DNA from: the human T2T-CHM13v2.0 reference genome, Homo sapiens
NCBI RefSeq assembly: GCF_009914755.1
Contig: NC_060937.1
Direction: 5' to 3' (one strand)
DNA length: 64,000 bases
Positions 16,919-29,759 of the stretch are shown here, piece after piece; within the stretch, counting starts at the first letter, position 1; each line of letters starts with the position of its first letter. Below the pieces are notes generated by a model, which worked only from the letters and a program-made list of their open reading frames with translations, was not told where the DNA came from and did not search any database. The translations under genes were made by a program, and so were the position numbers.

Positions 16919-17826
16919 TACACACACATACATACATGGACACACACGACAAAGTTGTTTACTGTCCGGCCCTTCACAGAATAAGTTTGCCGAGTCCCTG
17001 GATTTAGGCAGACTGAAGGTTTCCCAGTATTTGTGCAAGTTAGCAAGGCTTCAGCTCTAGTGTGACTGGTGGGTATCTGGGGAGGTAAGTGCGTCAGAAT
17101 GAGGCAAAAGCAAATAGGGCTGGACTAAAAGGTAAACAGTCCAAATAGCTGTCAAAACAAGGTCCTTACAGCCTTAGATGGAAAAAGTGAACAAAGTATT
17201 TTCCATAGGATGACACACAGACCTTTTTAAAATGCACATTTAATTATGGTTTACATTGATATTATTCAGTAACTTTAAATCCCCCTTAAGACAAGGCCAA
17301 AACTCAAGCTCCCACTCATTCTTCAACTTCCCTTGCAACATAACCTTGACTAACCCACCAGAATTTATTCAGCAGAAACTTCTTGCAATCTCAGGAAAAT
17401 GCAAAATTCTTTCACTTTGTGTTTATTTTATTTACTTATTATTTGTTTTCAAATTAATCATGTATATTGGTTAAAAAGCAAACATACATGTTTTATGATG
17501 AATATTAACTGTTCTAAACTCCATCCAGATTCCCCCCAAAAAAGGTCTTTCTATGTTTTCATTTTTTGCCCTGAATTTACCTCCATAAGTGTAAATAATA
17601 TGCTCATAAACCTGTTTCCCAATTTTCTATCTTAAACATTATCTGCTTAGTTCTAATATTGAAATAAAAATTTAGGACTTTATTGCTTCTTGACCTTACG
17701 GCTAAGATCAAGTGTGAAATTTACCACGTTATACTACTCAGTCTCCTCCACAAAAAGCCTTCCTTCTCTCCCAATATTATGTCACAATTTTGATATTCTA
17801 TGTGTTCATATATACATGTATATGTA

Positions 17827-17829
<3 letters not shown>

Positions 17830-17873
<44 letters not shown>
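17830..17873. repeat. (TG)n microsatellite, about 21 units
   Basis: Read directly from the sequence. Confidence 0.95.
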
Positions 17874-17875
<2 letters not shown>

Positions 17876-17880
17876 CTTCC

Positions 17881-18188
17881 CATCTTCCCTTAGTATCCAT
17901 GGGGAATTTGTTCTATAACCCCAATGGATACCTAAGTCTGTGGATGCTCAAGTCACTTATATAAAATGGTATAGTATTTGCATATAATCTGTGTATATCC
18001 TCCTGTATACTTTAAATCATCTCTAGATTATTCATAATACCTAACACAATGTAAATGCTATGTGAATAGCTGTACTGTATTTTTTATTTTTATTATTTTT
18101 TTGGTGTGCTATTCTTTATTCAAGTCTTTTTGATCTATAGTCAGTTGAATTTGCAGATACAGAACCCGCAAATACAAAGAGCTGAGTG
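17881..18188 (+). mobile_element. MER2 (TcMar-Tigger MITE)
   Basis: 'ggatgctcaagtcacttatataaaatggtatagtatttgcatataa..tactttaaatcatctctagatta' matches MER2; degenerate TIRs. Confidence 0.88.
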
Positions 18189-18599
18189 TACATAATTTAC
18201 AGTTAAACATATAGTCCACATATGCTTCCTTTATAAAAGTTTTATTATTTTTTGCTGTTTCTAATTGCCCCATTTTTTATTGCTGGATTTTCTGTATTTA
18301 TAATAAAAACTATTCCTGTGCAAAATTGTAAAATATTCCTAAGATCTCCATATGTCAGGTAATCTACAAAATCCATTTTCATTTTCTTTGAGATATCCCT
18401 CCTGCAGCCTTTTATCATCTTGTGCTAACCTTTGCAAATTTCTAAGTGCCTCCTATACAGCTGATTTCCTGGAACCATTTGTCCCTCACCAGTTTTCAAG
18501 GAATTTACTCTTGTGTTGGATTTTGTGTTTTCTAAATATGTCTCTTCATGTATATTTTTCTCCTTTTTCACTCATTTTTTTTGTGGTGAATGTCATACA

Positions 18600-19140
18600 G
18601 AAGCTGCTGGAGAAAGAGAGCATGGAGGGCATATTTTTAAGGACATGCATCTGAAAATACTTTACTACAAGTCTCATAGCGTGGCTGGATATAGAATTCT
18701 ACATCTTTCATCAAGAACTTGAAAGTCTTACTGTTTTCTAACTAGTCCAATGCTGTTCTTGAAAAGTTCACTGGCATTCAAATACCTGTATATAGGAGTA
18801 ATTCCTTTGACCTTTCTGGAATTTGTATGATTTGCCATTTATCTTGAACATGTTGAGATTTTATAACTTATGGCTTGGTGATTTTTTTTTAATTTGCTAT
18901 GCTGGAAACTGTGTAAGCTTTTCTGTTTGGAAATCTGTATTCTGCCTTTTGAGAAATATTCATAAGATTTTAAAAATGATGTCACCGCATGTATTTCACC
19001 TATTCTAGCCTATAAGTGGTGTTTTCTTTTCAGATGTTGGACATCTTAGATTGAACCTTTGATTTTTACAACTCTTACTATTCATCTCTTTGTCATTTGA
19101 ATTTGCTTTCCAGGACTTAGCTTCACATTACCACTTAACC
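18600..19140 (-). mobile_element. Ancient L1M fragment
   Basis: 'gctggatatagaattct', 'cagatgttggacatcttagattga' resemble antisense L1M ORF1-region sequence. Confidence 0.45.
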
Positions 19141-19198
19141 CTTTTGTCCATTTCGCTTGTTCGTTTTTGTCAGAATTTCAGATGTAGTTTTTTACATC

Positions 19199-19493
19199 TT
19201 TTTTTTTTTTTTTGAGACAGGGCTTGTTAAGTCACCCGGGCTGGTGTGCAGTGGTGAGACCGTAGCTCACTGTAACCCTGAACTCCAAGCCTCAAGTGAT
19301 CCTCCCCACTCAGCTTCCTAATTAGTTAGGACTTACAAGCACCTGCCACCATGCCTGGCTAATTTTTTTCTTTATAAAGATGGGGGTCTTGCTATATTGC
19401 CCAGGCTGGTCTCAAACTCCAGGCCTCAGGCAATTCTTCTGCCTTTGCCTTCCAAAGCAATGGGATTATAGGAATGAGCCACTGTACCCCGAC
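19199..19493 (-). mobile_element. AluJ
   Basis: polyT-gagacaggg..gtagctcactgtaacc..ctcaagtgatcctccc..tgagccactgtacccc; high divergence. Confidence 0.9.
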
Positions 19494-19495
19494 TC

Positions 19496-19896
19496 TTTTT
19501 CTTTTTTTAAATTTTATTTTATATTAAGTTCTGGGATACATGTGCAATGTGTGCGGGTTTGTTACATAGGTAAACTTGTGCCATGGTGGTTGGTTGCACC
19601 TATCAATCCATCACCTAGGTATTAAGCCCCATATACTTTAGCTGTTTATCCTGAGGCTCTCCCTCCCCTAACAGGCCCCAGTGTGTGTTGTTCCCCTCCC
19701 TGTGTCCATGTGTGCTTATTGTTCAGTTCCCACTTATAAGTGAAAACATGTGGCGTTTGGTTTTCTGTTCTGGTGTTAGTTTGCTGAGGATAATGGCTTC
19801 CAGCTCCATCCATGTCCCTGCAAAGGACATGATCTCATTCCTTTCTTATGACTGCATAGTATTCCATGGTGTATATGTACCAAATTTTTCTTATCC
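19496..19896 (-). mobile_element. 5'-truncated L1PA (PA7-10-like) 3' end
   Basis: 'aagttctgggatacatgtgca..gtttgttacataggtaaac..cacctaggtattaagcccc'. Confidence 0.85.
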
Positions 19897-21329
19897 TCTT
19901 TCTTTCTTTCTTTTTTTCTTCTTCTCTCTTTCTTTCTTTTTTATTGTCACTTTGGCTTGGCCTCTTTTTAAATTTTTCATAAATTATAGCTTTATCTTTC
20001 CCTCTGTTTCCTCCATTAGCTTTATTTCCTTGCCCTCCTTCTTTGTTTGTTGTTATTTGTTTGTTCTTTATCTTTGATGTTGGAATCTTTCCTCATATAT
20101 CTTTGATTTCTTGGCTATCCATTTATACATAAGTGTAAGGCCTAAAAAAATTCTGTGTAGAATACCATGGACAACTGTGGGTTCCTAGTGGATTGTACCA
20201 CAGGATAATTAGCCAGGAGCCTCTGAAAAAGTACAGCTTCTGTCAGTATTTACCTATTATTCTCTTCCTTTGGTCACTATCTAGGGAAGAATCGTCTCAT
20301 AGTATGTCTGAGGGAATAGGCCATATATCTAGAGGTGATTTGGGGAGGGCATTGTGGGTGTGAAGGGGAGTCTCTCATCATTCAGCCTGGACACTCTCAC
20401 ATACTTCTTCAGCATTAAGTTTTGCCACTCCTTCTCATCCTCCATTGTACCTGATGCTCCTGAGCAAGGACTTGATCTATTTCAAATTCTACAAAAACAA
20501 AAAACAAAACTACTGTCTTTTTCTAAGATGCCTGTTACAAAGTAAGCTCTCATAAAATAGAATGGGATACATGATAATGAAAAACAATGAGCAAGAGCCA
20601 GTAAAAGAATGTAGACAGCTGTATTATAATTATGGAAATGAATTATGTAAAACAACAGCAACAAACAGGGGCAGCAAGGCTAAGAACAGGATCACAGATC
20701 TGATGGAACACTGTGGACTCTGGGCCATGAGCAAGTGTCAGACTGAGACATGGAAAGTTTGGCTCTGCCGGATTGGTCAATAAAGCCTCCTCAGTTCACT
20801 AAATTTGTTCCAGTTGGTGATAGAAAGCATTGAAATATGAACCAAGGTGAAACCGGATTTCTCCTACAACATGTGGCCTTTGGGGTTTGTTGTCTCAATC
20901 ACAGCCCACATGTGGTCCCGAGAGTTGCCAAGATCTGTCATGAGCTAATTTTGTAATCAGTAAAATGTCAGCTGAAGTAATGAATTAACACCAGTAGGCG
21001 TCAGAACCAGAAATTGGAGAGTAAGACCAGTTCTAAATGCTGACAGGTGGGAATTTATTACTGGATGAGGCAAGATGATCATCAATTATTCAATTAAATA
21101 ATCAATTTAGTTTGTGTTTCTTATTTCTAAGCTCTTAAGTACACAGCTCACTCTTAAAACTTAATAGTGGCTACTGTAAGGTGATCTGGAACAACAGCTA
21201 CAGGGGCTGCCCTTTTAATCTGATATTTGTTCTGAGTGACTTTATTCAGCCAAGCATTTTTATTAGCCCTCGACATTCAAGGCCATTTTAAAATCCATAT
21301 TTTACTTCTTTGAGATAAATGTAATCTAT

Positions 21330-22160
21330 TTTTCAAAGTCTGCAGAACCCTGGGTTTCTGGGCTCTCTTCATTCCCTTTCATTTCTTATTTCAACCAGCC
21401 AATTCTTTACCAAATCCATTTTCTCTTTCTTGCAATACATTGCCAAACACAGCCAACAGTAAGCAATCCACACTATTATGGTACCATTTTCCAAATTATT
21501 CCCCTAGAGCTATAAATATAATAAGCACATTATCTACATTTCAAGATATAGGAGATGAAAACTATATTCAGTGTTTTGCCACTATATAACCTGGATATTC
21601 ATCTATCTTTGCTGCTATATGTCTTTGTTTGCTGCCTCCAAGTAACTCAGGTATATATTTTATCCTATATATTATCTGTAGCAAGTGCTACCTATTTCAC
21701 TCTTTTTATTTTCCTATAGTAGTGTCGCAAGTCAAGGTAGCAATTACCGTGTAGATCATGATAGCACAGTCTATACTATGGCAGCCATTACATATTGAAA
21801 ATATTGAAATTTCAGCAGTTTATCTCAGTAATGGTTTATATCTGACTCACATTTCAGATTGGAGCAGTTTGAACAGTTCCTTAGGCCAGATATCCTACTT
21901 TTAACACAGGAATTTGGAATCCCATCATCATGTGTTCTGAAAATACTGAAATCCTTTACATCCAATTGTATTGATGAAAGAGAAAATGTACCAAAAGTTA
22001 CTTAGGGGTCTTTAGAGGGTAAGTGTACATGTAACATACAATAATTACACACACATTCTGTTGACAAGTACTAGTCAAATAACCTCCCTTGACTACAGCC
22101 AGGCTAAAGATATGATTTAAATGTGTATACAGAAGCAAATTAAAAACATTTTGGTGAACA
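21330..22160 (-). mobile_element. Ancient ERVL/MaLR (MLT1-like) internal plus LTR remnant
   Basis: Weak resemblance of 'ttcccctagagcta..cagtgttttgccactatataac' and 'cacattctgttgacaagtactagtca'. Confidence 0.35.
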
Positions 22161-22196
22161 TACTACATAGGTTACACAGCCAATAAATTGTACTTG

Positions 22197-22276
22197 GGAG
22201 GAATATAATGGACTTGGAAGTTTGTAATAGATGTGAGGAGGAATTTAATGGACTTGGAAGTTTGTAATAGATGTGA
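22197..22276. repeat. 40-bp tandem duplication with 1 mismatch
   Basis: ggaggaat(a/t)taatggacttggaagtttgtaatagatgtga, two copies. Confidence 0.95.
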
Positions 22277-22857
22277 AAAACCATTTTTTAAATCCATAAT
22301 TGGAGGACTGGATAAATGGTTTATTGATCATTATGAGTCTCTGGAATTTCCTACTAGTTGAAAGACAGTAATTTCCTATAGATATAATTATTTGACAATT
22401 TAATTGCTTTTTCATCTTTAAATAAGTTTTATCTTTTACTTGATGTAACTTTTACAAATAAAGATTTTAATCACTTTTTGAGAATTATTGACATACTGTC
22501 AATTATATAACAATAGAGACACATTTTTTGATACACAGTTATTCTGATACATGTCACAGACTTTAGATATTTCTAAAAAATAGAATAGTGGTTTTGTTTT
22601 AAATCTGTAAACAAAAAACTTGTTACTATAGTTAATGAAAGAAGAATTATTTATAAAAAGAAGAATGGGATAAAAATATGTATATATATTATAAATATAC
22701 CTATGCTACATGTATTACATTAGGTGAATATATAATGAAAATACAAAAAGAAATTGTCCCAAGATTTGAACAATGACTAATTTAACATGGGAGATTAATG
22801 TTTTTCTTTATTAATTAGAAAATGTTTTGTAATATAGAAACACTCTGCTTCTAGGAA

Positions 22858-23245
22858 GAGGGAAATTAGGTCTTGCAGATGTAGTTAAATTATATTGTAT
22901 TGAGATGGGCCCTAATACAATGACTGCTGTCCTTATAATAGGTAATTTGGACACACATACGGACCCACACAGGTGGGGAAAGGCCTTGTGAAGATACAGG
23001 AAGATATGGAAGTGATACATTTTTAAGCCAAAGAGCGCCAATATTGCCTACACCCACCAGAACATGTAAGAGACAAGGGAGAATTCTTCCAAAAAACCTA
23101 CAGTGGGAGCATGACCCTATTGACACCTTGAACTCAGCATTCAACTCCAGCCTCCAGAATTGTGAGAGGATACATATATGCTGTTTTTTTTTTTAAGCCA
23201 CCCAGTTTGTAGTACTTTGTTGTGGAGCTCTAAGAAACTAATATA
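22858..23245 (+). mobile_element. MLT1 (B/C-like) MaLR LTR
   Basis: 'gggccctaatacaatgactgctgtccttata..ccagcctccagaattgtgag..taagccacccagtttgtagtactttgtt..gaaactaatata'. Confidence 0.85.
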
Positions 23246-23249
23246 ATCT

Positions 23250-23690
23250 ATATCAGAAAATAAAATAACAAAGGCTGATGAAGAAGCTAAGTATCCACCT
23301 AAAAAAGAGGAGGAAAAACTTCAAAGTTAGTTATCTGAGAAGATTAATAAAGCTGACAAATCTTCTACTGACTAATGAGGAGGGGGCAAAAAATGTCCAA
23401 CAAATTATAACAGGAATAACAAGGGAGCACATAAATACAAGTAATATTATGAGATAATAAATAATTTTATATTCCAAAATATTTTAAGAAAAATATTAGA
23501 AAATGCATAGAAAAAAATAGAACTTACTAAAAATGACTCAAGCAATGGAATACTCAAATAATCCTACATTCATAAAAGAAATTAAAGCAGTAGTCAAAGG
23601 TCTGCCCCCAAAGAACTCTCTACCCACCAATCAGCTGGAAGAATAAATACAAACATAAACAAATGCAAAGATTAGAAAAACTATTAATGT
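23250..23690 (+). mobile_element. Ancient L1M ORF2 fragment
   Basis: 'gaagattaataaagctgacaaa', 'aacttactaaaaatgactcaag', 'aaagaaattaaagcagtagtcaaa'. Confidence 0.55.
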
Positions 23691-25311
23691 TTTCAATTTA
23701 TTTTTGGAAACTCTTATATCCTCTTTTTTTCCCCCCAACTTTTATTTTAGGTGCAGGAGGTACATGTGCAGGCTTGTTATATGGGTAAATTATGTATTGT
23801 GGGGGTTTGCTGTACAGATTATTTCCTCGCCCAGGTAATAAGCATAGGACCTGATGAGTAGTTTTTCCATCCTCACTCTCCTCCCACACTCCACTCTCAA
23901 GTAGGCTCTGGCATCTATTGTTCTCTACTTTGTGTCCATGTGTGCTCAGTTTTTAGCTCCTACTTCTAAGAGAGAGCATGCGGTATTTGGTTTTCTGTTT
24001 CTGCATTAATTCACATAGGATAATGGCCTCCGGATCCATCAGTATTGCCACAAAGGACGTGATTTTATTCTTTTCTATGGCTGTGTAGTATTCTATGGTG
24101 TATAGGTACCACATTTTCATTATCCAGTCCACCATTAGTGGACATCTGGGTTGATTGGGTTGATTTTATGTCTTTCCTATGAGAATTGTGCTGCAATGAA
24201 CATATGCATATATGTGTCTTTGTGGTAGAACAATTAATATTTCTTTGGGTATATACTCAGTAATAGGATCATTGGGTCAAACAGTAGCTCTGTTTTAAGT
24301 TCTTTGATAAATCTCCATGCTGCTTTTCACTGTGGCTGAACGAATTTACATTCCTACCTGCATCATAGGAGCATTCTCTTTTATCCACAGCTTCGCCAGA
24401 ATCTATTATTTTTTGACTTTTTAACAATAGCTATTCTAACTAGTGTGAGATGGTATCTCATTTTGGTTTTGATTTACATTTCTCTAATGATTAGTGATGT
24501 TGAGCATATACTGTTTGGCTGCATATATGTGTTCTTTTGAAAACTCTCTGTCCATGTCTGTGTATTGCATTTTAATTTGTTTAAGTTCTTTATCGATTCT
24601 GGAATATTACACCTTTGCCAGATGCATAGTTAGCAAATATTTTCTCCTATTCTGTAGGTTGTCTGTTTTCTTTGTTGATCATTTCCTTTGGTCTGCAGAA
24701 GCACTTTAGTTTAAGTAGGTATCACTGTTTTTTGTTTTTTGGGTTTTTTGTTTGTTTGTTTTTGTTTTGTTTTGTTTTTGCAAATGCTTTTGGAGTCTTT
24801 GTCATGAAATTTTTGCCAGGGCCTATGTCCAGAATGGTATTTTCTAGGTTTTTATCTAGGGCTTTTATATTTTTCAGTTTTACATTTAAGGCTTTCATCT
24901 ATTTTGAGTTGATTTTTGTAGGTGGTGAAAAAGGAGGTCTAGTTTCAATCCACTGCATAGGTCTAGCCAGTTATTCCAGCACCATTTATTGAATAGGAAG
25001 CTCTTTCCTCATTGCTTGTTTTGTCAACTTTGTCAAAGAACAGATGGTTACAGGTAGGCTGCATTCTTTCTGGGTTCTCTAACCAGTTCCATTGGTCTAT
25101 GTTTCTGTTTTTGGACAAGTATCATGCTGTTTTGGTTACTGAAGCCTTGTAGTATTGTTTGAAATTGGGTAACGTGATGCCTCTGTTTTTGTTCTTTTTA
25201 CTTAGGATTCTTTTGACTGTGAGGGCTCTTTTCTGATTTCATATAAATGTAAGAATAGTATGTTAAAAATTGGTAAAAATGTCATTGGTAGTTTGATAAA
25301 AATAGCATTGA

Positions 25312-25594
25312 GCCTGTAATCCCAGCACTTTGGGAGGCCGAGGCAGGCGGCTCACGAGGTCAGGAGATCGAGACCATCCTGGTTAACACAGCGAAACCCC
25401 GTCTCTACTAAAAATACAAAAAATTAGCCGGGCCTGGTGGCGGGCACCTGTAGTCCCAGCTACTCAGGAGGCTGAGGCAGGAGAATAGCTTGAACCCGGG
25501 AGGCAGAGCTTGCAGTGAGCTGAGATCGCCACTGCACTCCATCCAGCCTACTGGGCAACAGAGTGAGATTCTGTCAATAAAAAAAAAAAAAAAA
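25312..25594 (+). mobile_element. AluY-type, lacking the first ~20 nt
   Basis: gagatcgagaccatcctggttaacac and gagcttgcagtgag diagnostics; polyA; TSD core agcattga on both sides. Confidence 0.92.
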
Positions 25595-25607
25595 AGCATT
25601 GAATGTG

Positions 25608-25975
25608 TGTTATGGTTTGGCTGTGTCCCCACCCAAATCTCATCTTGAATTGTAGCTCCCACAATTCCCATGTGTTGTGGGAGGACCTGGTGGGAGGTAA
25701 CTGAATCATGGGGGTGGGTCTTTCCCATGCTGTTCTCATGATAGTGAATAAGTCTCATGAGATCTGATGGTTTTATAAGGGGGAGTTTTCCTGCACAAGC
25801 TCTCTCTTTGCCTGCTGCCATCCATATAAGACATGACTTGCTCCTCCTTGCCTTCTGCCATGATTGTGAGGCCTCCCAAGCCATGTGGAACTGTGAATCC
25901 ATTAAACTTCTTTCCTGAATTAATTACCCAGTCTTGAGTATATTTTTATTAGCAGAGTGAAAACGGACTAATACA
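25608..25975 (+). mobile_element. THE1B-type solo LTR
   Basis: tgttatggtttggctgtgtccccacccaaatctc ... gaaaacggactaataca; TSD atgtg/atgta. Confidence 0.93.
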
Positions 25976-28086
25976 ATGTATAAATTGGTTTGTGCAGTAT
26001 GGCCATTTTAACAGTATTGATTCTTCCGGTCATGAGTATAGAATGTTTTGCTATTTGTTTGTATCATCTCTGGTTTTTTGAGCAGTGTTTTCTGATTCTC
26101 ATTGTAGAGGTCTTTCATCTCCCTGGTTAGCTGTATTCCTAGGGATTTTTGTGTGTGGCTATTGTCAATGTGATTACATTCTTGATTTGGCTCTCAGCTT
26201 GGACATTATTGATGTATACAAATGCTACTGATTTTTGTACATTGATTTTGTATCCTGAAACTTTGCTGAAGTTGTTTGTCAGATCTAGGAGCCTTTGGCC
26301 AGATACTATGGGGTTTTCTAGGTATAGAATCATATCATCTGCAAACAGAGATATTTAGACTTCCTGTCTTTTATTTGGATGCCTTTTATTTCCTTCTCTT
26401 GCCTGATTGTTCTGGGTAAGACTTCCCATACTATGCTGAATAGGAGTGGTGATAGTAGGCAACCTTGTTTTGTTTCAGTTCTCAAGATAAGTACTAGCTT
26501 TTGCCTGTTTAGTATGATGATGGCTGTGGGTTTGTCATAAGTGATTCCTTATTTGGGGGTATATTACTTTGATGCCTAGCTTGTTGAGGGTTTTTCACAT
26601 GATGGGATGTTGAATTTTGTCAATAACCTTCTCTACATCTATTGGGATGATCACATGGTTTTTGTTTTTAGTTCTGTTTATGTGATAAATTACACTTATT
26701 CATTTGTGTATATTGAATCAAACTTGCTATCCAGGAATAAACTCTACTTCATCATGATGGATTTGCTTCTTCATATGCTGCTGGATTCAGCTTGCTGTTA
26801 TTTTGCTGAGGATTTTTGTGTCTATGTTCATCATGGATATTGGCCTGAAGTTCTCCTTTTCTATTGTTCCTGTCAGGTTTTGGTATCAGAATGATTCTGG
26901 CCTCATATAATGAGTAAGGGAAGAGTCACTCCTCCTCAATTTTTTGAAATGGTTTCAGTGGGATTGGTACCAGCTCTTCTTTTTATATTTGGTAGAATTT
27001 GGCAGTGAATCCTTCTGGTCCAGGGATTTTTCTGATTGTTAGAAAAATTTTATTACCGATTTAATTTCAGAGTGCATTATTGGCCTGATCAGGGTTTCAA
27101 TTTCTTTTTGGTTCAATCTTGGGAGGTTGTATATTTCCAGGAATGTATCCATTTCTTCTAGGTTTTCTAGTATGTGTGCATAGAAGTGTTTGTGATATTC
27201 TCTGAGGGTTTTTGTTTTTCTGTGGGGTCAGTGTAATGTCTCCTTTATTATTTCTGATTTTTTAATTATGATGTTCTTTTTTTATTAGTCTAGCTAACAG
27301 TTCATTAATCTTATTTACTCTTTCAAAGTACAAAATTCTGTTTCTATTTATCTTTTTTATGGTTTTCTATCTCAGCTTCATCCAGTTTAACTATTTCACT
27401 TCTTCTGCTAACTTTGGGATTGGTTTGTGCTTGTTTTTCTAGTTCACCCAGGTGTGATGTTAGGTTATTAATTGGTGATCTTTCAAACTTTTTGATTGAG
27501 CATTAAGTGCTACAAACTTTCCTCACTACTACTTTAGCTGTATTATACAGTATTAGACAGATCATCGAGGCAGAATACTAACAAAGACAAAGATATTTGG
27601 GACCTAAACTTGACATTTGACTAAACAGAGACAGAATGGAAAGATATACTGTGTAAGAAATGACTGGATTTTCTTGGAGTCATTCCATTTTTTCTTGTTT
27701 ACACCAAAGGCCAACGTTCAAACTGTCTTAATTTATAGAAAAGAACAAGCATTGTAATAAAGTCAGTTGAGGAAAGCGACAGAGATTCTAGTATGTTGTA
27801 TTTTTATTTTCATTAATTTCAGTGAATTTCTTGATTTCTGCCTTAATTTCATTGTTTACTCAAGTCATTCAGGTGCAGATTAGTTAATTTCCATGTAATT
27901 GGTTTGTGACGTCTTTTTAGTATTGACATCTATTTTTAATGTGCTGTGGTCTGACAGTGTGGTTGTTATGATTTTTTTTTATTTGCTGGATATTGTTTTA
28001 TGACCAAGCATATGGTTGATTTTAGAGTATGTGCCATGTGCAGATGAAAAAAATTCTGTTGTTGTTGGGTGAAATGTTCTGTAGAT

Positions 28087-28382
28087 CAGTGGTCCCCAAC
28101 CTTTTGTACAACAGGGACTGGTTTCATGGAAGACAATTTTTGCACAAACTTGTGGTAGGGGAGATGGTTTCAGAGGTATTATGTTCTCATAAGGAGCATG
28201 CAACCTAGATCCCTCGCATGCACAGTTCATAATAGGGTTAATGCTCCTGTGAGAATCTAATGCTGCCTCTGATCTGACAGAAGGTAGGGTTCAGGCAGTA
28301 ATACTTGCTTGCCTGCTGCTCACCTCCTGCTGTGTGTCCTGGTTCCTAACAGCCCATGGACTAAGCCCGTGGCTTAGGATTG
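28087..28382 (+). mobile_element. MER1B (hAT-Charlie), 3' TIR lost
   Basis: cagtggtccccaacctttt..ggtttcatggaagacaatttt..ctcataaggagcatgcaacctagatccctcgcatg. Confidence 0.9.
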
Positions 28383-29759
28383 TATATATACCAGTATCAA
28401 TATCATATTTAGGTCCTGAATATTTTTGTTAGTTTTCTGCACTGATGATCTGTCTAATACTTTCAGTGGGATGTTGACATTTCTCACTATTAATCTGTGG
28501 TTAACTAAGTCTCTTTGTAGGTCTCTAAGAGCTTTTTTATGAATTTAGGTGCTCTAGTGTTAGGTGCATACATATTTAGGAGACTTAAGTCTTCTTATAA
28601 AAATGAAATTGTTATGATTATGTAGTGCCTTTCTTTGTCCTTTTTGATCATTTTTGGTTTAAAATCTGTTTTCTCTGAGATTAGAAGAGCAACCCATGCT
28701 TTTTTTGTGTTTCATTTGCTTAGGAGATTTTTCTCCATCCCTTGACTTTGAGCCTATAGATGTCATTGCATGTGAGACGAGTCTCTTGAAGACAGCATAC
28801 AGTTGGATCGTGCTTTTTTTAATCCAACTTGCCATTCAGTGCCTTTTAAATGGGTCATTTAACCAGATTACGTTCAAGGATAATATTGACATATGTGGAT
28901 TTTATTCTGTCATAGTGTTGTTACCTGGTTGTTACATAAATTTGGTTGTGTATTTGCTTTATAGTATTGATAATCTATATATTTAAGTGTGTTTTTATGG
29001 TGGCCAGTAACGGTCTTTCATTTCCATGGTTAGCACTCCTTTAAGGCCCTCTTTTAAGGCACGTCTTGTAGCAGTAAATTTCTTTAGCATTTGCTTGTCT
29101 AAAAGGATCTTATTTCTTCACTTATTAAGCTTATTTTTGCTGGATATGAAATTCTTGATTAGAATTTCTTTTCTTTAAGGATGCTGAATATAGCACCCCC
29201 CCTGCCGATTCCTTCCTGGATTGTAGGGTTTCTGCTGAAAGGTTTCCTATTAGCCTGATGGGGTTCTCTACATAGGTGACCCACCCTTCTTTCTAGCTGT
29301 CTTTCTTTAATACTTTTTCTTTCACATTGACCTTGGAGAATGTGATGATTATGTGTCTTGGGGATGGTCATCTTGTATTATCTCACTGGGATTCTCTGAA
29401 TTTCTTGAATTTGAATGTTGACCTGTGTAGTGAGGTTGGAGAAGTTTTCCTGGACAATATTCTAAAGTATGTTTTCTAAGTTGCTTGCCCTCTCTCCTTC
29501 TCTTTCAGGGATATCAACGTATCATATGTTTGGTCTCTTTACATAATCCCCTATTTCTCAGAGGTTTTGTTCACTTTTTAAAATTCTCTTTTCATTATTT
29601 TTGTCTCACTGAGTTGATTCAAAGAACTGGTATTTGAGCTCTGAGATTCTGTCCTCAGCTTGGTCTATTCTGCTATTGATACTTCTGATTGCATTATGAA
29701 ATTCTTACAGTGAGTTTTTCAACTCCATCAAATCAGTTTGGTTCATAAATCATTACAGT

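Larger units (their letters stand above)
16285..17000 (+). mobile_element. MER58 (hAT-Charlie MITE) interrupted by Tigger2a and microsatellites
   Basis: 5' cagggattttcaacctatgaccc..tatggccagtgaactaagaatg; 3' tttactgtccggcccttcacagaataagtttgccgagtccctg. Confidence 0.7.
23724..29745 (-). mobile_element. Old L1PA13-16-like LINE-1, truncated within ORF1, carrying nested AluY, THE1B, MER1B and a foreign filler
   Basis: Antisense 3'UTR at 23735; ORF2 remnants ([35 protein letters not shown]). The ORF1 end at ~29745 is the reverse-complement homologue of 760-810. Confidence 0.9.
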
